Assembly (NCBI GenBank): GCA_023665725.1
Contig: JAMPDH010000006.1
Location: forward strand, 71 to 64,070
Direction: 5' to 3'
Length of the DNA: 64,000 nucleotides
Source of the DNA: Clostridium sp.
GTDB taxonomy: Bacteria; Bacillota_I; Bacilli_A; RF39; UBA660
Position 1 is the stretch's first letter; every line of letters starts with the position of its first letter. Below, one piece after another: positions 51,628-61,545 of this stretch. The notes under the pieces were generated by a model that ran no database searches, had not been told where the DNA came from, and saw only the letters and a program-made list of their open reading frames with translations. Both the position numbers and the translations under genes were made by a program.

Positions 51628-51973
51628 TATAGAAAATAAAATACTAGATTTTTAACATACCAATTTAAATTAATAAATTTCTTTTCACAAAAATTTTTTT
51701 CATAAATATTTTCATTACTTAATAATTCACAATAATGAGGCCCATTCAATTTAATAGACAGTGTCCGTTGTTTTAAATTAAATATTCTATTTAACAAAAA
51801 AAGAGTGATAAGAACACTCAATTTCTTACGTTTACATTTTTAAATATTAATTTAAACACAATTTAAGAGAAGTAAAAAAATATTTTTTAAATATGTAAAC
51901 TTGCATAAATCTTAACCTATGCTATATATAACACCTTCTAAAATCGATTTTAAGGGGCATTATATCAAAATTA

Positions 51974-52050
51974 TGGGGCGAGATAAGAGGATCGAACTCT
52001 TGCATAACGGAACCACAATCCGCCGTGTTAACCACTTCACCAATCTCGCC
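51974..52050 (-). tRNA. tRNA-His (anticodon GTG) with encoded G-1 and 3' CCA
   Basis: Minus strand G-GCGAGAT...anticodon loop TTGTGGT (GTG)...T-arm AAGAG-TTCGATC-CTCTT...ATCTCGC-C-CCA. The 7-bp acceptor stem and the G-1:C73 pair are hallmarks of tRNA-His. The overlapping plus-strand ORF 51919..52128 is spurious. Confidence 0.85.
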
Positions 52051-52075
52051 ATGTTTAATCAAGATTTACATGAGT

Positions 52076-52105
52076 TATTATATCAATTATTTTTTACTTT
52101 GACAA
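52076..52105 (-). promoter_or_regulatory. sigA-like promoter of tRNA-His (-35 TTGTCA, 17 nt spacer, -10 TATAAT)
   Basis: Minus strand TTGTCA-AAGTAAAAAATAATTGA-TATAAT ~25 nt upstream of G-1. Confidence 0.5.
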
Positions 52106-52149
52106 GGCGTTTTAGTGTTTTTAAATAAAAATTACAAAAATATAGACAT

Positions 52150-52186
52150 CTCCCCATAATTTATTTATATGCTTTCATAGAATATG
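52150..52186 (+). promoter_or_regulatory. sigE-like promoter candidate for cotJ
   Basis: ATAATTT (-35-like) - 14 nt - CATAGAAT (compare sigE -10 CATACA-T), ~20 nt before the GAGAGGTG RBS. Confidence 0.35.
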
Positions 52187-52202
52187 GGCGAGAGGTGAAT
52201 TT

Positions 52203-52673
52203 ATGAATCCATATAATAATAACTACTTTGCTAACACTAATAAAACTGCTATGTCAAATACAATAAACGCAGTTAATAATAATAATTTTAATAAATGCAA
52301 TTATATTCAACAAGTTTCTCCATCAAATTTATATGATGCTTATAATGGTTTTGTAAGAGGAAATATGTATCCTGATTTATATAATCAATATAAGATATCA
52401 AAACCATTTGATATTGAACCTATGAATGAACAAGCACAAATGCTTACATATGTAGACGCTTATTCTTTTGCAGCCCATGATATCAACCTTTACTTAGATA
52501 CTCATCCAGAGGATAGAGCAATGATAGAACTATACAATCAATATCGTATTGAAAGTGATAAAATGATTAAAGAATACGAAAGTAAATTTGGGCCACTTTT
52601 TGTAAATAGTGAAGCTACACTTGCGTGTCCTTGGCCTTGGAATGAGTCACCATGGCCTTGGGAAAATAAATAG
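52203..52673 (+). CDS. cotJB: spore coat protein CotJB with an N-terminal CotJA-like extension (apparent cotJA-cotJB fusion)
   Basis: C-terminal part MLTYVDAYSFAAHDINLYLDTHPEDRAMIELYNQY...YESKFGPL matches CotJB; N-terminal ~65 aa (..LYDAYNGFVRGNMYPDLYNQYK) resembles the CotJA core; ORF continuous over 156 aa. Confidence 0.7.
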   Translation: MNPYNNNYFANTNKTAMSNTINAVNNNNFNKCNYIQQVSPSNLYDAYNGFVRGNMYPDLYNQYKISKPFDIEPMNEQAQMLTYVDAYSFAAHDINLYLDTHPEDRAMIELYNQYRIESDKMIKEYESKFGPLFVNSEATLACPWPWNESPWPWENK

Positions 52674-52685
52674 GGGGAAACTAAG

Positions 52686-53246
52686 ATGTGGAAATATGAA
52701 AAAAAATTACAATATCCTGTAAATATTAAAAGAAAGGATTTAAAGCTTGTTAAGTATATAATAACACAATATGGTGGTCCTGCTGGAGAACTTGCAGCGG
52801 CATGGCAATATTTAGATCAACGCTACAATATGCCTGATGATAGAGGAAAAAGCCTATTAACTGACATAGGTACTGAAGAACTTGCACACGTAGAAATAAT
52901 ATCTGCTATGTTATACCAATTAATGCAAGGAGCTAGCGTCAAAGAATTAGAAGAAGCTGGTCTTGGCGAGCATTATGCACAATTTGGTATGGACTTATTT
53001 CCAGCTGATTCATTCGGAAATCCATACAATATGTTACATATAAAATTAGCTGGAGATTATATTGCAAATATTGAAAGTAATATGGGAGCTGAACAAAGAG
53101 CAAGAGCAACTTATGAACATTTAATGGATCTTACAAATGATCCAGATGTACTTGCGCCACTTGCTTTCTTAAGAGAAAGAGAAATTGTACATTATCAACG
53201 TTTTAAAGAACTTAGGGATTATTACTTAGAAAAAAAGGAAAGATAG
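52686..53246 (+). CDS. cotJC: spore coat protein CotJC (manganese catalase family)
   Basis: QYGGPAGELAAAWQYLDQRY, EELAHVEII ferritin-like di-metal motifs. Confidence 0.88.
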   Translation: MWKYEKKLQYPVNIKRKDLKLVKYIITQYGGPAGELAAAWQYLDQRYNMPDDRGKSLLTDIGTEELAHVEIISAMLYQLMQGASVKELEEAGLGEHYAQFGMDLFPADSFGNPYNMLHIKLAGDYIANIESNMGAEQRARATYEHLMDLTNDPDVLAPLAFLREREIVHYQRFKELRDYYLEKKER

Positions 53247-53277
53247 TATTTTTCCTCTTTTTTTTTACATAATATAT

Positions 53278-53985
53278 GTGGTGACTCTTATGAAATATTT
53301 ATTACTAATATTTGTATTTTTCTTAACAGCATGTTCTAAAACAAACTTAGATATAAATGAAATTAGATCAATTACATATAATGAAACAAAAATTATAGAA
53401 GATGATTTTAGTAAAATTACAAATAACTTAATGAAGCTAGAATTTACTTGTACTGATAGTAAAACTATAACTGGTTCTCATTTAAAAATAATAACTAATA
53501 ATAATATTTATAATATTTATATTTCTGATAATTATTATATGGAGTTTATGGAAAATGATAAATATTGTTTATCAAAGGATGAAAATATAAAAGAAATATC
53601 AGAAGAATTAAAAGATATAGAAAAGATTTATAATGATGATACGTTTTTTAATATTGTGAATACAAATAAATATGAAGAAGATCCTAATGATTTATTAATT
53701 AAAGTAGATAAAAGTGATAATTATATAATTATTAATACATCTTATGAATTATATGATTTTAAAATTAACGAGATAAAAATTAATGATAATGATATTATTA
53801 ATTATGAAGAGGTAAACTTAATATATGAAAATGAACATATTAAAAATTTTAATATAATTATTAGGAAAAGTGAGATTTCTAATATTAAAATAACTTTTAG
53901 AAATAAATATAATTATTTAGTGACTATTATACCCTATTTAGAAGATGATGAAATTAAATTCAATATAACATTTAAACAAAAATAA
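53278..53985 (+). CDS. hypothetical lipoprotein
   Basis: Signal peptide plus lipobox LTAC; 235 aa. Confidence 0.5.
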   Translation: MVTLMKYLLLIFVFFLTACSKTNLDINEIRSITYNETKIIEDDFSKITNNLMKLEFTCTDSKTITGSHLKIITNNNIYNIYISDNYYMEFMENDKYCLSKDENIKEISEELKDIEKIYNDDTFFNIVNTNKYEEDPNDLLIKVDKSDNYIIINTSYELYDFKINEIKINDNDIINYEEVNLIYENEHIKNFNIIIRKSEISNIKITFRNKYNYLVTIIPYLEDDEIKFNITFKQK

Positions 53986-53989
53986 AATA

Positions 53990-54529
53990 CTATATAAGAT
54001 TAAATAAATATAGTATCCCAAATATTATTATTATTCCACCACCTAATAAACTAGACATTTTACCAATTTTATCATTTATATATTTACCTGTTTTTAATCC
54101 TATATATGTAAATACTAAACTAGTTAAAGAAAATATTATTGATGCTAATATATAATTATTTGTAATTGCTCTTAATCCAACACCCACTGAAAAACTATCT
54201 ATACTAACAGCTAAACCAAAAAGAAACATCTGCGGTATTTTTAATAGAGAAATATTTTCTTCTTTTTTTAAACTTTCTAATATCATTTGTATACCAATTA
54301 TTGTAAAAACTAAGAATACTATTATATTTATATCTACTTTAATTATTTTTAATACCATTGTTCCTAATGTATTACCAATTATTGGCATGAAAAAATGATA
54401 TATTCCAACAATAATGGAAAGCATTATTATCTCTTTTTTAGAAAAACCTAAAGTACCATATGCAAGTGAAAGAGAAAATGCATCCATGCTAAGAGTTATT
54501 GCTATAGTTATTAATATAAAAAGTTCCAT
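53990..54529 (-). CDS. mntP: manganese efflux pump MntP family
   Basis: 179 aa, 6 TM helices; N-terminal ITLSMDAFSLSLAYG and the internal repeat are typical of MntP (DUF204). Confidence 0.75.
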   Translation of the reverse strand: MELFILITIAITLSMDAFSLSLAYGTLGFSKKEIIMLSIIVGIYHFFMPIIGNTLGTMVLKIIKVDINIIVFLVFTIIGIQMILESLKKEENISLLKIPQMFLFGLAVSIDSFSVGVGLRAITNNYILASIIFSLTSLVFTYIGLKTGKYINDKIGKMSSLLGGGIIIIFGILYLFNLI

Positions 54530-54576
54530 AAGATTTAGCCCCCTATAAAATTATATTTATAAGAGGCTTTTTTATA

Positions 54577-55098
54577 CTAAATATACCTTTCTATTATTTC
54601 TTTAACTAAAGATTTATACTCAACTTCTTCATTTTCTTCTGCTTCTAGTACACATAGTGGTGGAAATAAAACGCACCACCAATTATTTCCTTCTCCTTCC
54701 CCTATCGTTACTAGTAATGATTCATAATATCCTTCTTCATATATTACACCTTTATATTCTTTTTGGGGAAAGTAATTTAATCCTAAATTAATTGTATATG
54801 GTAAGTTGTAATTATTTTTTAAAAATATATTATTAATTTTTTTATCTATTGAAGGTATATCATTTTTTATTTTAGATTTTGCTTCTTGTATTGTATCTTT
54901 AGAATCTATTATATTACTTATTTCTTTTTGAATAGATATTGCAACTTCCTTTTTTATATCTTGATCATAATTATCGTTACTATTAGCAACTACTCTAAGC
55001 CTTATTGCTTCATCAGGTATCTTCACGTTTTCTTCAAATATATTTCCAATAATACAAAATGAACTAATTATTAAAATAAATGTAATAAATGTTTTCAA
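54577..55098 (-). CDS. spoIIR: stage II sporulation protein R
   Basis: IRLRVVANSNDNYDQDIKKEV... and GEGEGNNWWCVLFPPLCVLE match the SpoIIR conserved blocks. Confidence 0.85.
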   Translation of the reverse strand: MKTFITFILIISSFCIIGNIFEENVKIPDEAIRLRVVANSNDNYDQDIKKEVAISIQKEISNIIDSKDTIQEAKSKIKNDIPSIDKKINNIFLKNNYNLPYTINLGLNYFPQKEYKGVIYEEGYYESLLVTIGEGEGNNWWCVLFPPLCVLEAEENEEVEYKSLVKEIIERYI

Positions 55099-55145
55099 AA
55101 AAATCGCCCCTTCTATTTAATAGTGAGCGATTTATTTTTTTTTAT

Positions 55146-55589
55146 TCACTTATGATACGTTTCATTATTTATTATTTTGTATGATCTATATATTTGTTCT
55201 AGTAATATTACTCTAAATAATTGATGTGGAAAAGTGAGAAGAGAAAACGAGATTTTATAATTCGATATATCTTTTATTTCATGATGCAATCCATTTGAAC
55301 CACCTATAATAAAGGTTATATTAGGATTTATACTTAAAGTATTTTGTATTTTTTTTGAAAAATCTATGGAATTAAGCATTGTTCCTTCTATTTCTAGTGT
55401 TATTATATAATCTTTTTTATTTATTACTTTAAGTATATTTTCCTTTTCTTTTTCAAGTGAATTTATTTCTTCATCGTTTACCTCTATTATTTCTAATTTA
55501 GTATACTTAGATAATCTTTTTGTATATTCATCTATTGCATCTCTATAAAATTTTTCTTTGATTTTACCAACACATATAATTTTTATCAT
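55146..55589 (-). CDS. rlmH: 23S rRNA (pseudouridine1915-N3)-methyltransferase RlmH
   Basis: MIKIICVGKIKEKFYRDAIDEY...FIIGGSNGL SPOUT/RlmH pattern. Confidence 0.85.
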   Translation of the reverse strand: MIKIICVGKIKEKFYRDAIDEYTKRLSKYTKLEIIEVNDEEINSLEKEKENILKVINKKDYIITLEIEGTMLNSIDFSKKIQNTLSINPNITFIIGGSNGLHHEIKDISNYKISFSLLTFPHQLFRVILLEQIYRSYKIINNETYHK

Positions 55590-56335
55590 ACTTCTATAAG
55601 CTCCGTTTTTTCATGTTGTTTAGCAACTATTATTTCACAATTTTCTATTTTTTGTTCTTTTAATGTTTTTATAGCTAAATCTGGATCATTGTTTTCTTCA
55701 CTTAAATGGGCAAGTATTATATGCTTTGTTTTAGGACCAGCAAATTTTTTCAAATACCTTGAGGAATCTTTATTTGATAAATGACCGTTATCTCCTAATA
55801 TCCTTTGTTTTATATGATATGGATATTTAGTATTATTCATAAGCATATCTATATCATGATTACTTTCAAAAATATATAAATCTTTATTTTCTAATAGTTT
55901 GTGGCATTTAATATTTATATATCCTGTATCTGTTACATATACTAATGATTTATCATTACCTTCTATAATATAACCATTTGAATCTTCTACATCATGTGAA
56001 GTTTTAAATGGTGTTATAGTTAAATTTCCTATTATAAATTTATTATCTATAAATTCATAGTTTGGTAAATCTAACTTTAATTCTTTATACATAATTTCTG
56101 TTAAATAAACCTTAGTATTGTATTTTTTGGTAAAAACTCTTAATGCATCTACGTGATCCACATGTGTATGTGTTATTATTATACCTTTAATATTTTCAGG
56201 ATTTGTAGAAAGTTCTTTCAAATTTCTTTCTATATATAGAGAAGTTGTTCCAAGATCTATTAATATCTCTGTATCTTGTTCTTTTACATAACAACTATTT
56301 CCTTTTGAGCCACTTGATAATACACAGACTTTCAT
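55586..56335 (-). CDS. yycJ: MBL-fold metallo-hydrolase YycJ/WalJ-like
   Basis: SSGSKGNS, HTHVDH motif; conserved position upstream of rlmH as in Bacillus. Confidence 0.8.
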   Translation of the reverse strand: MKVCVLSSGSKGNSCYVKEQDTEILIDLGTTSLYIERNLKELSTNPENIKGIIITHTHVDHVDALRVFTKKYNTKVYLTEIMYKELKLDLPNYEFIDNKFIIGNLTITPFKTSHDVEDSNGYIIEGNDKSLVYVTDTGYINIKCHKLLENKDLYIFESNHDIDMLMNNTKYPYHIKQRILGDNGHLSNKDSSRYLKKFAGPKTKHIILAHLSEENNDPDLAIKTLKEQKIENCEIIVAKQHEKTELIEV

Positions 56336-56336
56336 T

Positions 56337-57680
56337 TTATACTTCCTTTAACATATTTACAAATGTAGATGTATTTCTTCTAAATATTAGATCTATAGTT
56401 GTTGTTGGACCACTACGATGCTTAGCAATTATAAATTCACTTTTACTTGTATTTTCATCTATTGATGGTTCTTTTGTATAGTAATCATCCCTATATAAAA
56501 AGGAAACTATATCAGCATCTTGTTCTATTGACCCCGATTCTCTTAAATCACTTAAAAGTGGTCTTTTGTCTTCTCTTCCCTCTACTGTACGGGATAACTG
56601 AGCTGCTGCTATTACTGGTATATTAAGTTCCATTGCAAGTGTTTTTAATGAACGTGATATTTCTGATACTTCTTGTTGTCTATTTCCTGAGTATTTTGCA
56701 GAACCACTAATTAACTGTAGGTAGTCAATAATTACCACATCTAATCCTTTTTCACTTGATGCTAGTCTTCTACATTTAGCTCTTATTTCTGCTATTGTTA
56801 TTCCAGGTGTATCATCTATATATATATTTGTATCCTCTAGTTTACTTATTGCCTCTTGGAATTTTTTCCAATCTTCGTTTTCAAATTTACCACTTCTAAA
56901 TTTATAACCATCTATTTGTCCAAGAGAAGAAAGCATTCTTTGAGCAAGTTGTTCTGCTCCCATTTCTAGATTAAATAATGCAACTGTTTTATTTGAATTA
57001 ATTGCTATATTAGAAACTAAGTTTAATAAAAAGGCTGTTTTACCCATTGCAGGACGAGCTGCTATTATTATAAATTCATTTTCATGTAATCCCGATGTTA
57101 CCTTATCTAAGTCATAAAATCCTGTTGCTATACCAGTAATTTCTCCTTTAGATTTAGATAGTGTCTCTAAATCAAGTTGTGTTTTTGTTAAAACTTCTTT
57201 AATTGATTTAAATTCTTCTGACTTTCTAGATTTAACAACATTTAATATTTTCTTTTCAGCATTATCTAATATTTCAGTTATATCATCTTTTGAAGTATAT
57301 CCTATTGTTGCAATATCAGTTGCATTTTCAATTAAATTTCTAAGTATTGCTTTTTCTTCTACTATTCTAATATATTCATCTACATTAGCAGCTGTTGGGA
57401 CTATATTTATTACCTCAGTTATATATTCTACTCCACCTACTTGTGATAAAATCTTCTCTTTATCAAGTTCTGCTGTAACAGTTGTTGCATCAATTGGAAT
57501 TCCTCTTTCGGCTAAATTGCTAATTGTTTCAAAAATTTTACTATTTGCCTCTAAATAAAATAAGTCTTTGTTTAATACCTCCATTGCTCTTTGTAATGCA
57601 TGGCGTGATAAAAACATAGCTCCAAGTACTGATTGTTCTGCTTCTATATTATTGGGTAATGATTTATTCATGTTGGTCAC
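56337..57680 (-). CDS. dnaB: replicative DNA helicase
   Basis: N-terminal [10 protein letters not shown]; RecA-like core with Walker [11 protein letters not shown]; 447 aa. Confidence 0.92.
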   Translation of the reverse strand: MTNMNKSLPNNIEAEQSVLGAMFLSRHALQRAMEVLNKDLFYLEANSKIFETISNLAERGIPIDATTVTAELDKEKILSQVGGVEYITEVINIVPTAANVDEYIRIVEEKAILRNLIENATDIATIGYTSKDDITEILDNAEKKILNVVKSRKSEEFKSIKEVLTKTQLDLETLSKSKGEITGIATGFYDLDKVTSGLHENEFIIIAARPAMGKTAFLLNLVSNIAINSNKTVALFNLEMGAEQLAQRMLSSLGQIDGYKFRSGKFENEDWKKFQEAISKLEDTNIYIDDTPGITIAEIRAKCRRLASSEKGLDVVIIDYLQLISGSAKYSGNRQQEVSEISRSLKTLAMELNIPVIAAAQLSRTVEGREDKRPLLSDLRESGSIEQDADIVSFLYRDDYYTKEPSIDENTSKSEFIIAKHRSGPTTTIDLIFRRNTSTFVNMLKEV

Positions 57681-58120
57681 TTCCTTACTAATTCAATGGT
57701 TAAAATTGCATTTATATCTTTATATAAATTTATTTCTACCTTATGAAAGCCTAGTGTTGATAAAGGTATATCTAGTTTTAGTTGTTTTTTATCTATATCT
57801 ATTTTTTTTTGTTTTAATTCAGCTATAATAGATTTTGTACTCACACTTCCAAATACTTTATCTTCTTTTCCTGTTGTTACAGGTATTTTAATTTTTAGGT
57901 TTTCTATTTTTGTTTTTAATTCTTCACATTCTTTTCTTTTTTGTATTTCATTTATTTTTTCTTGTTCATTTTGTTCTTCTAATATTTTTATGCTTGTTTT
58001 AGTTGCCGGAACTGCATAATTTTGTTTTATTAAAAAATTATTTGCATATCCATCTGATACATTTTTAATTTCTCCCTTTTTTCCTTGTCCTTTAACATCT
58101 TTTAAAAAAACAACCTTCAT
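57677..58120 (-). CDS. rplI: 50S ribosomal protein L9
   Basis: [31 protein letters not shown] signature. Confidence 0.92.
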   Translation of the reverse strand: MKVVFLKDVKGQGKKGEIKNVSDGYANNFLIKQNYAVPATKTSIKILEEQNEQEKINEIQKRKECEELKTKIENLKIKIPVTTGKEDKVFGSVSTKSIIAELKQKKIDIDKKQLKLDIPLSTLGFHKVEINLYKDINAILTIELVRK

Positions 58121-58129
58121 ATTATCACC

Positions 58130-59092
58130 TCATTTTATTAGTTTTAATAATTTATTTTTAACATCTTTTATTGTACTTGACTCAAACTGTACTGCCGCAG
58201 AAGTAGGGCTTCCACCACCACCAAGTTGTTTAACTATTTTTTGAACGTCTATTTTACCAAGAGATCTCGCACTTATAGAAATTTTTTCTTTATCTATTTT
58301 TCCTATTACAAATGATGCTTCTACATCTTCAAACTGAATTAATTCATCTGCAACTTCTGCTAAATCTTTTTGGTTATATATTTCTCCATCTAAAATGCAT
58401 AATATTACATCTTCTGTTACCATGTAACTACGCTTTATAAGGTTTCCTTTTTTTATGTAATTTTCCCTAGTTTCTTTTAATATCTCTGCTTTTTCACTAT
58501 TATCTGCTCCCATTTCTAATAGTTTAGATGCTGCAAGATATGTATTACTTGTAGTTTTCATTACATAACTATTTGTATCTACTTCTATTCCAAGTAATAG
58601 TAGCGTTGCTACTTCTTTTAATGGATCTATTTTTAAATAATCTAAGAAAAATGTTACCATTTCAGATACACTTGAATAGTTAGAATCAATTATTTCATAT
58701 ATTGAATTTATTTTTGATGTATCATCTACTATATGGTGATCTAGTATTATTGTATCTAAATTAAGTAATTCTTTGCATTCTATTAGATTTTTACTTGAAG
58801 CATCTACTATTATTAATAATGTATTTTTATCTATTAAATTATTTGCTTGATTTTTATCTATAATTTTATATATGGATGTAGAATTTACTAATAATTGTAT
58901 CCCTTTATTTAGCGAATTATTTACCTTTTTAGTATCTATATAAATATAAATATTTTCATTATACTTTTTACATATTTCATACATTCCAACTGCTGAGGCA
59001 AAACTATCAAAATCAGGATTCTCATGACCTGTTATAATAATTCTGTTATATTTTTTTACTATTTTTATTATTTCATTTAATTTTTTATGCAT
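58130..59092 (-). CDS. DHH/DHHA1 phosphoesterase (NrnA-like; occupies the gdpP position upstream of rplI)
   Basis: DHH motifs (ITGHENPDFDS, ILDHH) plus a C-terminal DHHA1 GGGSPTSAA-type segment; 320 aa with no TM/PAS/GGDEF. Confidence 0.75.
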   Translation of the reverse strand: MHKKLNEIIKIVKKYNRIIITGHENPDFDSFASAVGMYEICKKYNENIYIYIDTKKVNNSLNKGIQLLVNSTSIYKIIDKNQANNLIDKNTLLIIVDASSKNLIECKELLNLDTIILDHHIVDDTSKINSIYEIIDSNYSSVSEMVTFFLDYLKIDPLKEVATLLLLGIEVDTNSYVMKTTSNTYLAASKLLEMGADNSEKAEILKETRENYIKKGNLIKRSYMVTEDVILCILDGEIYNQKDLAEVADELIQFEDVEASFVIGKIDKEKISISARSLGKIDVQKIVKQLGGGGSPTSAAVQFESSTIKDVKNKLLKLIK

Positions 59093-59150
59093 GACACACC
59101 TCCAAAATATTATACTATATTTTAATAATAAATAAAAGGAATAAGTTTGT

Positions 59151-60611
59151 CTATTCCTCTATTTCATAAATTTTCTCTAGACTTGTATTATAGTACTCTA
59201 CTGTTTTATCCTTTGTTACTTTTATGTAATTAGGATATATATCTATCTCTTTTTTTATATCAAATGTTTTATATAAACCTGTATACAAATTGTATATTAA
59301 TATATTATTATCACTTTTTACTTTTATGAAAGTGCTTTCATTGTAAGTATTTATACTATCATTTTCAAAGATATATAATGTTTTTAAAGATTTAATATCT
59401 TTTAATTCAATATTACCATCTTTTTTTGTAATTATTAATTTTAATGATTTTGTTATATTTAAATAATTATATAAATCACTAGGTAAATATAATATTTTAT
59501 CATATTCACAAGGTAAAATTATTTTTTCATTTTCTTTTAAACCTATTTTATCTAAACAATTATATTCTGTATATATATTCAAAACTTTTTTTAAATTGCC
59601 TTCTAATGGTTCCTCTTTTAAAACTTCTCCTGTTATAAAATTATGATAATAATATCTTTGTGTTAAACCATAAGAAGAATATTTATAACCATAATCTATT
59701 TTCAATATGTCATCTGAATATAAAGACATCTCATTAATATTTTTATCTAATCTATACATTACCTTTTCATCTTTTAAATATAAATTGCTTTTAGGATTAT
59801 TATTTATTATAAATATATTATCATCTTTTACTAATATTTCAGAGTTTTTTTCTTCATTTTCATATATAATTTTCCCTGTTTGTAATGATATAATTTTATC
59901 AGTTTCTCCTCGTATGCATATTTTTGCGTAATGTTCTTCTAAGTCCGTTTTAGATATTTCTATATCAATTGTAGATTCATCAGAATTTTTTTGTTTAAAT
60001 ATTATTTTACCATCAAAATTTATTATGCCTACTTCATTCATTTTAGAATTAATATAGGTTAGATATCCATAATCTTCATAATACACTATATAATCATCTT
60101 TAGTAAGTTGCTTTAATTTAGAATTATAAAGTTTATTATCCACAATCCATATCCTATAATCATCTATATATTTTATATTTGTAGAATATTGTGATTCTAA
60201 TATTTTTTTTCCTTTTTTATTTATTATTTGGTATTTAGTGCCTAATGGATTAGTTTTATCTTCTATTCCTACTACTGCAAAATCACCATAAAATTGTGTT
60301 GCTGATAAATATGTTGGTTCAAGTAATATATTGCCTTTTGCATCAATATAGCCATATAAACCTTTTTTTTCTATAACTATCGGGTTATTTATATTATATA
60401 TTTGTTCTAAATAATTAGATTTACCTCCTATAATCATTTTAATTATGAAACCTAATAATATTACCATAAAGGTTAATAAAGCTATTGCTGATATTTGTCT
60501 TATTTTAACTATTCTTAATCTTCTTCTTTTTTCAGGTTTTAATCGTACTCCACAATTAATACAAAATTTACTTGTTTTTTCATTTTCTGCATTACATTTT
60601 AGACATTTCAT
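59151..60611 (-). CDS. zinc-ribbon membrane protein with WG-like repeats
   Basis: N-terminal CLKCNAEN...CINCG zinc ribbon, then TM, then repeated KGLYGYID-type beta repeats. Confidence 0.5.
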   Translation of the reverse strand: MKCLKCNAENEKTSKFCINCGVRLKPEKRRRLRIVKIRQISAIALLTFMVILLGFIIKMIIGGKSNYLEQIYNINNPIVIEKKGLYGYIDAKGNILLEPTYLSATQFYGDFAVVGIEDKTNPLGTKYQIINKKGKKILESQYSTNIKYIDDYRIWIVDNKLYNSKLKQLTKDDYIVYYEDYGYLTYINSKMNEVGIINFDGKIIFKQKNSDESTIDIEISKTDLEEHYAKICIRGETDKIISLQTGKIIYENEEKNSEILVKDDNIFIINNNPKSNLYLKDEKVMYRLDKNINEMSLYSDDILKIDYGYKYSSYGLTQRYYYHNFITGEVLKEEPLEGNLKKVLNIYTEYNCLDKIGLKENEKIILPCEYDKILYLPSDLYNYLNITKSLKLIITKKDGNIELKDIKSLKTLYIFENDSINTYNESTFIKVKSDNNILIYNLYTGLYKTFDIKKEIDIYPNYIKVTKDKTVEYYNTSLEKIYEIEE

Positions 60612-60628
60612 AGGATATTTCCTTTCTT

Positions 60629-61537
60629 TTATTTATGATTTTTTTCTGCTATTTTTTTTATTCTATCATATCTATGATGTAATCCGGATTTTGTTATTTT
60701 CTGATTTGTTTCTATAGAAATGATTTCTGATAATTCTGATAATGATGCTTCTTTATATTTTTCTCTATATTCTGCCGCAATTTTATCTTTTTCGGATAAT
60801 GTTTCATATATTCCTATTTCTTTTAATAATTTTATATCTCTTAGTTGTTTAGACGATGTTTCTATTATTTTATCCACATTTGCTTGCTCACAATTATTAA
60901 GTCTATTTGTCATATTTCTATGATCTCTATATATTCTTATATCTTCATAGTAGAATAATGCCTTAGAAGCATTTATTATTCTTAAGAAATCACCTATTTT
61001 TTCTGCTTCTTTTACATATACCATATATTTATTATCCCTTTTTAAAATTTTGCTATTTAAATAATAATGATTTAAAAGATCATTTATAAATATTGCATAT
61101 TCTTGTGTTTGAATAAAAAATTCCATATGATATCTTGATTTTTTTGGATCATTTATACTCCCACAAGATAGGAAAACCCCTCTTAAATATGCTCTTATTA
61201 AATTATCGTCTGCAATTATATAATTAAATGGAATATTTGTTTCTTCTAAACCTAAATAATTTAAAAACTTTTTTTCATCATATTTAAGTTCAAGTATATA
61301 TATATATGATTTATTATAATTATATCCTTTTCTAACAGTAATTTTAGGAAGTATTTTATATATACTTTTAATTAAATCATATATTCTTTTAGCAACATTC
61401 ATATTTTCTGTAGATATTTTAATTGTATCAGTTATTTGGCATGAATTACTTACAATAGCAGAAAATTCAGATATTTTTTCTGCTTCGGTTAACTCTAAAT
61501 TAGTTATTTCTAATTTTATTGTTCCTGTAAAAGACAT
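60629..61537 (-). CDS. whiA: sporulation/cell-division regulator WhiA
   Basis: LAGLIDNDG-derived N-terminal domain plus C-terminal HTH (..TKSGLHHRYDRIKKIAE); conserved yvcK-whiA arrangement. Confidence 0.88.
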   Translation of the reverse strand: MSFTGTIKLEITNLELTEAEKISEFSAIVSNSCQITDTIKISTENMNVAKRIYDLIKSIYKILPKITVRKGYNYNKSYIYILELKYDEKKFLNYLGLEETNIPFNYIIADDNLIRAYLRGVFLSCGSINDPKKSRYHMEFFIQTQEYAIFINDLLNHYYLNSKILKRDNKYMVYVKEAEKIGDFLRIINASKALFYYEDIRIYRDHRNMTNRLNNCEQANVDKIIETSSKQLRDIKLLKEIGIYETLSEKDKIAAEYREKYKEASLSELSEIISIETNQKITKSGLHHRYDRIKKIAEKNHK

Positions 61538-61545
61538 AATAATTC

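Noticed and set aside
51919-52128. 69 aa plus-strand ORF
   Set aside because: Overlaps the tRNA-His gene and its promoter; artefact.
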